From Flexilinea sp. (GTDB lineage Bacteria > Bacteroidota > Bacteroidia > Bacteroidales > UBA932), in assembly GCA_963589825.1 (NCBI GenBank), contig CAVAMP010000007.1, positions 26-64,025 on the forward strand: a DNA stretch of 64,000 nt, read 5' to 3'. The notes beneath the pieces were generated by a model that saw nothing but the letters and a program-made list of their open reading frames with translations, was not told the origin of the DNA and made no database searches. A program made the position numbers and the translations under genes. This document shows, piece after piece, positions 8,150-15,903 of this stretch. Numbering within the stretch: the stretch's first letter is position 1; each line of letters begins with the position of its first letter.

Positions 8150-11100
8150 ATGATAGATACTAATATAAAGAAAGTCCTCGTGCTCGGAAGCGGGGCTCTG
8201 AAAATCGGTGAGGCCGGCGAATTTGACTACAGCGGCTCCCAGGCCCTGAAAGCCCTTCGCGAAGAGGGAATATCCACTGTGCTGCTCAACCCGAACATCG
8301 CCACCGTGCAGACCTCCGAGGGCGTTGCGGACAAAATTTACTTTCTGCCCGTCACCCCGTATTTCGTCGAGAAAGTGATCGAGAAGGAGCGTCCGCAGGG
8401 CATCCTGCTTTCCTTCGGCGGCCAGACAGCTCTGAACTGCGGAGTGGAGCTCTTCCACGCCGGAGTCTTTGAAAAATATGGCGTCAAGGTGCTTGGAACC
8501 CCGGTTCAGGCCATAATCGATACCGAGGACAGGGAACTCTTCGTTGAGAGGCTCTCCGAAATCGGAGTCAAGACCATCCGCTCCCACGCGGCCTCGTCCA
8601 TTGAGGAAGCCCGTGAGGCTGCCTCCACGGTGGGCTACCCGGTCATCATCCGCGCCGCCTACGCCCTCGGAGGACTCGGCTCGGGCTTCTGCGAGAATGA
8701 GGAGGAACTTGACAGGATAGCCTCCAAGGCTTTCGCCTTCTCTCCGCAGGTGCTTGTGGAAAAATCGCTCAGAGGCTGGAAAGAGATTGAGTATGAGGTA
8801 GTAAGGGACTCCTACGACAACTGCGTCACGGTCTGCAATATGGAAAACTTCGACCCGCTCGGAGTGCACACAGGAGAGAGCATCGTCGTGGCTCCGAGCC
8901 AGACCCTTTCCAACGCCGAATATCATTTCCTCAGAAAGACCGCGATTGACATCGTACGCCACATCGGCATCGTCGGAGAGTGTAACGTCCAGTATGCCTT
9001 CAGCCCGGATGGGGAGGACTACAGGGTCATTGAGGTGAACGCCCGTCTGAGCCGTTCTTCCGCCCTCGCCTCAAAGGCAACCGGCTATCCGCTTGCGTTC
9101 ATCGCCGCCAAACTCGGCCTCGGATATGGACTTTTTGAACTCAAAAACGCCGTCACAGGCACCACACCGGCCTTTTTCGAGCCTGCGCTCGACTATGTCG
9201 TCTGCAAAATCCCGCGCTGGGACCTTGCCAAATTCAAGGGCGTTTCGCGTGAAATCGGCTCAAGTATGAAGAGCGTGGGCGAGGTTATGGCAGTGGGAAG
9301 AAACTTCGAGGAGGCGATTCAGAAGGGCCTGAGGATGATCGGGCAGGGCGCCTACGGTTTCCTCTGCAACAAGCCCTACAAAACCGAAGACCTTGACGAC
9401 GCCCTCAAGAACCCGACCGACACCCGCATCTTCGCGGTCGCAGCGGCCCTTCAGAGCGGCTACAGCGTGGAGCGCATCAATGCCCTCACAAAGATAGACA
9501 AGTGGTTCCTGGACAAGCTCGAGAACATCGAGACGACCTACCGCGCCCTCGAGGGCTGCAAGAGTCTGGGCGATGTGCCTTCGGAGCTTTTCCGCAAGGC
9601 TAAGTGCCAGGGCTTTTCCGACATCCAGATAGCAAGGGTGTTCGGCCTGAAGGAAAATGAGGTTCGGGAAAAACGCCTTTCTATGGGACTTCGTCCTGTT
9701 GTAAAGCAGATTGACACCCTTGCGGCCGAGTTCCCTTCCGACACCAACTACCTCTACCTTACCTACAACGGCACGGCGGACGACGTTTCTTTCGCCTCTG
9801 ACGGCCGCAGCGTCATAGTTCTCGGCTCCGGAGCCTACCGAATCGGCAGCAGCGTGGAGTTCGACTGGTGCGGGGTGAACGCCCTCAAAACCCTTCGTGA
9901 AAAGGGCTACAGGGCCATTATGATTAACTACAACCCTGAAACGGTTTCCACCGACTACGACAGTTGTTCAAGGCTCTATTTCGACGAGCTGAGCTACGAG
10001 ACCGTTATGGATATATGCACCATGGAGAAGCCTCTGGGCGTGATTGTGAGCGTGGGCGGACAGATTCCGAACAACCTCGCGCTTCCTCTTGAGCGAAGCG
10101 GAGTGAGGATTCTGGGCACATCTGCCGAGGACATCGACCGCGCTGAGGACCGCAACAAGTTCTCTCAGATTGTGGACGCCCTCGGCATAGACCAGCCTCG
10201 CTGGAGGGAACTCACCACGATGGACGACATCAACTCCTTCATCGCCGAAGTGGGTTACCCGGTGCTCGTGAGGCCTTCGTATGTGCTTTCCGGCGCCGCG
10301 ATGAACGTCTGCTACGGAGATGAGGACCTGAAGATTTTCCTCGACCGTGCAGTGGAGGTTTCCGAGGACCATCCGGTCGTAATCAGCTCATTTATGCAGA
10401 GATGCAAGGAGCTTGAATGCGATGCGGTGGCCTGCGGAGGCAAGGTTATCGTAGCCGCCATTTCCGAGCACATCGAGTTTGCCGGCGTGCACTCGGGAGA
10501 CGCCACAATCCAGTTCCCGCCTCAGAAAATCTATGGCATCACCGCCGCGAGAATCCGCAAGACAACCTCGGCCATCGCCTCAGCCCTCCACATCACCGGT
10601 CCGTTCAACATCCAGTTCCTCGCGACCGACAACTACATCAAGGTCATCGAGTGCAATCTCCGCGCATCCCGCAGCTTCCCGTTTGTTTCCAAGGTGATGA
10701 AAGTCAACTTCATAGACCTTGCTACAAGGTGTATGCTCGGGGAGAAGCCGGAGAAGGTGGAGATTGACCCGTTCGAACTCGAATATGTGGGTGTGAAATG
10801 CTCCCAGTTCTCGTTCTCAAGGCTCGGAAACGCCGACCCTGTTCTCGGAGTGGATATGTCTTCGACGGGAGAAGTCGGCTGCATCGGGGACAATCTCGAC
10901 GACGCTCTTCTGAAGGCGATGCTTTCGGTAGGCCACCGCATTCCTAAGCGCAGCGTTCTCATTTCCTCAGGCAACACCCGCCAGAAAGCGGATATGCTTC
11001 TTTCCTGCGAACTTCTCCGTGACAAGGGAATCGAAATCTATGCGACCGAAGGGACCTGCCGCTATCTCAACGAGAACGGAGTTCCTGCGCACAGGGCTCT

Positions 11101-11362
11101 CTGGCCGGGTGAAGAACTCGAGGAGGGCGCGCAGTACGCGATGGACCTCATCAGCGCGCACAAGGTGGACCTCGTAATCAACATCCCGAAGAACTACACG
11201 AGGAAGGAACTGAGCAACGGCTACCGTCTCCGCCGCTCGGCCATAGACTTCAACATCCCGCTGATCACAAACAGCCGCCTGGCGACAGCCTACATCCGCG
11301 CCTTCTGCAAAATGACTCAGGACGAAATCACAATCCGCTCCTGGGACGAGTACAAAGCGTAA
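8150..11362 (+). CDS. carB: Carbamoyl-phosphate synthase large subunit
   Basis: GEAGEFDYSG, duplicated ATP-grasp halves, IEVNARLSRSSALASKATGYP, C-terminal MGS-like domain. Confidence 0.97.
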   Translation: MIDTNIKKVLVLGSGALKIGEAGEFDYSGSQALKALREEGISTVLLNPNIATVQTSEGVADKIYFLPVTPYFVEKVIEKERPQGILLSFGGQTALNCGVELFHAGVFEKYGVKVLGTPVQAIIDTEDRELFVERLSEIGVKTIRSHAASSIEEAREAASTVGYPVIIRAAYALGGLGSGFCENEEELDRIASKAFAFSPQVLVEKSLRGWKEIEYEVVRDSYDNCVTVCNMENFDPLGVHTGESIVVAPSQTLSNAEYHFLRKTAIDIVRHIGIVGECNVQYAFSPDGEDYRVIEVNARLSRSSALASKATGYPLAFIAAKLGLGYGLFELKNAVTGTTPAFFEPALDYVVCKIPRWDLAKFKGVSREIGSSMKSVGEVMAVGRNFEEAIQKGLRMIGQGAYGFLCNKPYKTEDLDDALKNPTDTRIFAVAAALQSGYSVERINALTKIDKWFLDKLENIETTYRALEGCKSLGDVPSELFRKAKCQGFSDIQIARVFGLKENEVREKRLSMGLRPVVKQIDTLAAEFPSDTNYLYLTYNGTADDVSFASDGRSVIVLGSGAYRIGSSVEFDWCGVNALKTLREKGYRAIMINYNPETVSTDYDSCSRLYFDELSYETVMDICTMEKPLGVIVSVGGQIPNNLALPLERSGVRILGTSAEDIDRAEDRNKFSQIVDALGIDQPRWRELTTMDDINSFIAEVGYPVLVRPSYVLSGAAMNVCYGDEDLKIFLDRAVEVSEDHPVVISSFMQRCKELECDAVACGGKVIVAAISEHIEFAGVHSGDATIQFPPQKIYGITAARIRKTTSAIASALHITGPFNIQFLATDNYIKVIECNLRASRSFPFVSKVMKVNFIDLATRCMLGEKPEKVEIDPFELEYVGVKCSQFSFSRLGNADPVLGVDMSSTGEVGCIGDNLDDALLKAMLSVGHRIPKRSVLISSGNTRQKADMLLSCELLRDKGIEIYATEGTCRYLNENGVPAHRALWPGEELEEGAQYAMDLISAHKVDLVINIPKNYTRKELSNGYRLRRSAIDFNIPLITNSRLATAYIRAFCKMTQDEITIRSWDEYKA

Positions 11363-11405
11363 AATTCAAATACAATCTTCAGAACCAGTCGCAGTTTGCA
11401 ACCAG

Positions 11406-11846
11406 TTGACAATGCCTGCAACCGAAGTCTCCACCGTTGCCGTAGAGAACAAGATAATCGTACTCAGAGGCACTCAAGTGATTCTCGACAGAGATGTCGC
11501 AGAACTGTATGGTGTGGAAACGAAGGTTCTTAATCAGGCTGTGAAGAGGAATATAAATAGATTCCCGGAGCGCTTTATGTTTCAGCTCACTAAAGACGAA
11601 TGTTCAAGGTCACAATTTGTGACCTTGAACGGGCGAGGATATAATATCAAGTATCTTCCGTATGCTTTTACAGAGCAAGGCGTTGCTATGTTGTCTTCAG
11701 TTCTGCGCACCGATACGGCAGTTGAAGTCAGCATCAAGATAATGGATGCCTTCGTGAAAATGAGGCACTTTCTTGTCACTAACTCTCAAATATTCCAACG
11801 GCTTGACCGACTCGACAGAAATTGCTTTCAGATTCATTATCTTTGA
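11406..11846 (+). pseudogene. ORF6N-domain DNA-binding protein, probably 3'-truncated where it meets the CRISPR terminal repeat
   Basis: RGTQVILDRDVAELYGVETKVLNQAVKRNINRFPERFMFQL and LPYAFTEQGVAMLSSVL are ORF6N motifs; the last codons NCFQIHYL* are CRISPR repeat sequence. Confidence 0.75.
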
Positions 11847-13779
11847 CAGATAGAAACAGTCAGTTTCAGCCCGCGTTCCCGCAGGAAATTGTTGTGAATT
11901 GCTTTCAGATTCATTATCTTTGACAGATAGAAACAGTCACGGAGGCTTCCGTCACCCTTCAGGGAGCGTTGTGAATTGCTTTCAGATTCATTATCTTTGA
12001 CAGATAGAAACAGTCGACATCTTCAAGAGCGAGGGCGTGCCCGAGTTGTGAATTGCTTTCAGATTCATTATCTTTGACAGATAGAAACAGTTTGACGGCA
12101 TCGTTGCACCGGATGCGGTAGTTGTGAATTGCTTTCAGATTCATTATCTTTGACAGATAGAAACAGTGAGTCAGGCATATCAGAGGAGAAGAGGGCGGTT
12201 GTGAATTGCTTTCAGATTCATTATCTTTGACAGATAGAAACAGTAATAATAACGGCAAATGTTGCCGAGGTCCAGTTGTGAATTGCTTTCAGATTCATTA
12301 TCTTTGACAGATAGAAACAGTGCGAGGTCTTTCTTGCAGATTGAGCTGCGCGTTGTGAATTGCTTTCAGATTCATTATCTTTGACAGATAGAAACAGTAA
12401 ATGGGGTAATTCTCGGTGGCCGTTATCGTTGTGAATTGCTTTCAGATTCATTATCTTTGACAGATAGAAACAGTACATCCACACATAAAAAACGCGGGCG
12501 CGGAGTTGTGAATTGCTTTCAGATTCATTATCTTTGACAGATAGAAACAGTCATTAGATTTGTATTTCTCACCAGGAAGCAGTTGTGAATTGCTTTCAGA
12601 TTCATTATCTTTGACAGATAGAAACAGTCTCTCAGATGAATTCATCTTCTGGGCTGATGTTGTGAATTGCTTTCAGATTCATTATCTTTGACAGATAGAA
12701 ACAGTAACAACGAGCCGAGCTACAAGGCGGCATCGGTTGTGAATTGCTTTCAGATTCATTATCTTTGACAGATAGAAACAGTACTCGAATATCGGCTCTC
12801 GCCATACAATAGGTTGTGAATTGCTTTCAGATTCATTATCTTTGACAGATAGAAACAGTGCATCGACCCGAATGACCGCAAGGCGTACAGTTGTGAATTG
12901 CTTTCAGATTCATTATCTTTGACAGATAGAAACAGTATGGTACGGGCGTTGCCGGCGAAAAGCACCGTTGTGAATTGCTTTCAGATTCATTATCTTTGAC
13001 AGATAGAAACAGTGAGCTATGAGTAAATTCACGGATTTCTGCAGTTGTGAATTGCTTTCAGATTCATTATCTTTGACAGATAGAAACAGTCCCTCTTCAG
13101 GTCGACAAGGCTGCACTCGGTTGTGAATTGCTTTCAGATTCATTATCTTTGACAGATAGAAACAGTTGGCTGAACAGCGAGACGGCCGACCTTACGGTTG
13201 TGAATTGCTTTCAGATTCATTATCTTTGACAGATAGAAACAGTGACTTCCAAAGGCGAACAGAGATGAACTTGGTTGTGAATTGCTTTCAGATTCATTAT
13301 CTTTGACAGATAGAAACAGTTGCCTTTCTTCGATGTCGAATATACGCCTGTTGTGAATTGCTTTCAGATTCATTATCTTTGACAGATAGAAACAGTGCAA
13401 TACCAGGCGCGGCTCGTCTCCATCCAGTTGTGAATTGCTTTCAGATTCATTATCTTTGACAGATAGAAACAGTATCGCGGTCGAGGACTCGGAGTTCTAT
13501 ACGGTTGTGAATTGCTTTCAGATTCATTATCTTTGACAGATAGAAACAGTAGCATAAACGCGAGGACAATCGAAATAGCGTTGTGAATTGCTTTCAGATT
13601 CATTATCTTTGACAGATAGAAACAGTACAAGTATTTTTGGAAGGCCGATTACAAGGTTGTGAATTGCTTTCAGATTCATTATCTTTGACAGATAGAAACA
13701 GTTATTGCTTCAACGGCGTTCAGAGCGAACTCGTTGTGAATTGCTTTCAGATTCATTATCTTTGACAGATAGAAACAGT
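11820..13779 (+). CRISPR. Type II-C CRISPR array: 25 identical 47-bp repeats plus one 5'-truncated repeat, 25 spacers of 29-30 bp
   Basis: Repeat GTTGTGAATTGCTTTCAGATTCATTATCTTTGACAGATAGAAACAGT; first full copy 11891-11937, last 13733-13779; the copy at 11820-11860 lacks GTTGTG; crRNA strand (+) inferred from the tracrRNA anti-repeat. Confidence 0.98.
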
Positions 13780-13830
13780 ATGTCCTAGATAAATATTTGA
13801 TTCACAAAAAGTTGTGACTGTTTTTAGAAA
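13780..13830. promoter_or_regulatory. CRISPR leader with IHF-consensus site and degenerate partial repeat
   Basis: AT-rich; AATCAAATATTTA on the - strand (13790-13802) fits WATCAANNNNTTR; GTTGTGACTGTTTTTAGA at 13811 resembles the repeat 5' half. Confidence 0.7.
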
Positions 13831-13831
13831 A

Positions 13832-13869
13832 CAAAATCCCAACTCGTTCTGAGCTGGGATTTTGCTTTT
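13832..13869. terminator. Likely bidirectional intrinsic terminator between the array and the PIN gene
   Basis: CAAAATCCCAACTC-GTTCT-GAGCTGGGATTTTG stem with A/T tracts on both sides. Confidence 0.75.
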
Positions 13870-13891
13870 ATGAAGAGTTTTCGGATTTATA

Positions 13892-14302
13892 TCAAGAGCA
13901 TCTTTGTATGAATTCCTCCGCAGTCATAGTCAATGTCGGTAAACCTTCAAAACCGGTCTTGTCCCTAGTGAGAATGACATCGGCATTGCTCGTCAGTGCC
14001 GAAAAATATTGAACGCTATCTTCAAAATCCTTCCGCTTAGACTCGATGGCCTCCCGAACAACTGAATCGTCAATCATTGAAATCTCACACAATCCGGAGA
14101 GACCGATAAGTTTCGGATACACAATCTCCTGTCCGAACGCTTTCCTGAGTATATAGGCAAGATTGACAAAAGTGAGGGACGAAATGACGATTGAAATATC
14201 CTTTCGTCTGGCCAATTCCATAATGCTGGCGATGGAGCCGTAATGCGGTTCTCTCAGTGCGCAGAAATCCACCACTACATTGGTGTCAAGAAATACTTTC
14301 AT
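13892..14302 (-). CDS. PIN-domain (VapC-like) ribonuclease toxin
   Basis: MKVFLDTNVVVD, DFEDSVQY, ILTRDK acidic PIN motifs; ATG overlaps the upstream TGA (ATGA at 14302-14299). Confidence 0.9.
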   Translation of the reverse strand: MKVFLDTNVVVDFCALREPHYGSIASIMELARRKDISIVISSLTFVNLAYILRKAFGQEIVYPKLIGLSGLCEISMIDDSVVREAIESKRKDFEDSVQYFSALTSNADVILTRDKTGFEGLPTLTMTAEEFIQRCS

Positions 14303-14559
14303 TGTGCGCACTCCTCCCACATTTTGTCGGTTTCCTTCTCAAAATCAAACCCTTCCGGCAACTTGCCGATAGTTAAGGCCTCAACCTCCGAAGATATTTT
14401 GAAATCTTTCGCAATCTTCGGAAATTCAATCTGTCTCTTGGCTGCCTTTGAGGGACTGTCATTGATATCCCTTATCAGTTTATCTGCAAGCCACCTTTTG
14501 TTATCGTTGTCAAGATTTGACAACATCTGGTAAATATCATTTATAGACACTGCGTTCAT
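14299..14559 (-). CDS. Putative antitoxin, 86 aa
   Basis: Small ORF translationally coupled upstream of the PIN gene; acidic C-terminus; has its own promoter. Confidence 0.72.
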   Translation of the reverse strand: MNAVSINDIYQMLSNLDNDNKRWLADKLIRDINDSPSKAAKRQIEFPKIAKDFKISSEVEALTIGKLPEGFDFEKETDKMWEECAQ

Positions 14560-14579
14560 ACAAAATCCTCCATCGGAGG

Positions 14580-14611
14580 CAAAGTTATCGTATTAGTTTT
14601 GAAAATCCAAG
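14580..14611 (-). promoter_or_regulatory. Promoter of the toxin-antitoxin pair
   Basis: On the - strand (C)TTG-N20-TAACTTTG (CAAAGTTA at 14580-14587 on +), 20 bp before the antitoxin ATG. Confidence 0.65.
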
Positions 14612-14627
14612 TTTTTTGTTGTCTTGC

Positions 14628-14966
14628 TCAGAACAGTTCGAGCTGAACTCCGGCTCCTGACGGAAGCGCCTGCACTTTCTTCGCAAGGAATAGCTCCATC
14701 GAACCGAACTGCTTGTCGGTGATGGAAAGCACTCCCACTTGTCCCTCCGGAGGAAGAAATGTTTTGACTCTTTTTATGTGAACCGCGGCGTTCTCGGCGC
14801 TCGGGCAGTGGCGCATATAGATGGAGAACTGAAACATAATGAATCCGTCCTGCAGAAGCTTCTTGCGGAAATCAGCCGCAGCCTTCCTCTCCTTCTTGGT
14901 GTCGGTCGGCAAATCAAAGAAAACGAGCACCCACATAACCCTGTACTGGCTGAACCTCTCCTGCAT
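14628..14966 (-). CDS. cas2: CRISPR-associated endonuclease Cas2
   Basis: [34 protein letters not shown]; follows cas1. Confidence 0.97.
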   Translation of the reverse strand: MQERFSQYRVMWVLVFFDLPTDTKKERKAAADFRKKLLQDGFIMFQFSIYMRHCPSAENAAVHIKRVKTFLPPEGQVGVLSITDKQFGSMELFLAKKVQALPSGAGVQLELF

Positions 14967-14967
14967 A

Positions 14968-15888
14968 TCAAGTCATTGTGGGATAGAGGATCTTGCGTGC
15001 CTCGCCCGAAAAGCATTTTGCCAGGGATGCAGTCGTCGTGGACACCGCGACCATAAGGGGACTCGTGTGACCGTCAATCTCCACGTCAATGACCGGAATA
15101 GAGAGCAACTTTACTTTTGCCGCCTGAGTGAGTGACTTGTCGCCGCTCTGAGCGATTATGTCAACAACCACCCTGTCCACATATGGCCGGTACGGTTCCA
15201 TAATGTCGTCCGCAAGGCAGTAGGCATTGTAGCGGTTGTGGTGGTGGATGCCGAGGGTCGGGAGCATCCCGCTCATAACAAGCGCACGCGCAACGATGGC
15301 CCGAAGAACAGCGTAGCCGTAGTTGAAAAGTCCGTTCGGCTCCGCCTCAAACTGCCCGCGAAGAAAATCCGGATTGTCTGGAAAGATGGTTTTCCAGTAA
15401 TAGGCCGCCGCTCTCGCCTCAATGTTTTCAGAGTCTCCGGACTTTACCTGTGTCGCCCAGATTTTCATATTGCGGTGTTCCCGTCCTGTGGAATACTCCA
15501 GCGAAGCGGCCTGATTGGCGATTTTTGCCTGAATGGTCTGCTGCCAGAGCTGCTTTTTGAGGGGCAGGGAAGCGTCCAGCTGGTCACGGAACCGTTCGTT
15601 TTGAAGCGTGTGACTGCTAAGCGGAAGCATAAGCCCTGTGGGAAGGTGGCTGCTGTCGCAGGTTATGAGGGCGCAGCCATTGTCGAGCACAGCCTCCATA
15701 ACACCTTGAGTTAGCGTGATTTGCCTGTGGTCAAGCACTAACATCCCTATGTCTTCGATGGGGATGGTCCTCGTGGTGAAATCATCTTTCGTAGCATCCG
15801 CTGCCCCCGAGGGAGTCTTTACTACAAGTTGCTCCAGACGAAGCGACAGGTAGGCCGGATTGCCGAAATAGAGGGTTTTCTTAATCAT
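14968..15888 (-). CDS. cas1: Type II CRISPR-associated endonuclease Cas1
   Basis: [40 protein letters not shown]. Confidence 0.97.
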   Translation of the reverse strand: MIKKTLYFGNPAYLSLRLEQLVVKTPSGAADATKDDFTTRTIPIEDIGMLVLDHRQITLTQGVMEAVLDNGCALITCDSSHLPTGLMLPLSSHTLQNERFRDQLDASLPLKKQLWQQTIQAKIANQAASLEYSTGREHRNMKIWATQVKSGDSENIEARAAAYYWKTIFPDNPDFLRGQFEAEPNGLFNYGYAVLRAIVARALVMSGMLPTLGIHHHNRYNAYCLADDIMEPYRPYVDRVVVDIIAQSGDKSLTQAAKVKLLSIPVIDVEIDGHTSPLMVAVSTTTASLAKCFSGEARKILYPTMT

Positions 15889-15903
15889 AACGGGAAGATT
15901 CGG

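Noticed and set aside
5543..8962. Long minus-strand ORFs (528, 432 and 357 aa)
   Set aside because: Antisense shadows of argH, carA and carB with no recognisable motifs; the same applies to the other nested ORFs over real genes
11959..13630. Seven minus-strand ORFs with repeated CFYLSKIMNLKAIHN / LFLSVKDNESESNSQ peptides
   Set aside because: Translations of the CRISPR repeats, not genes
11861..13732. Self-targeting spacers
   Set aside because: No match to this window noticed by eye; a real alignment is needed to exclude it
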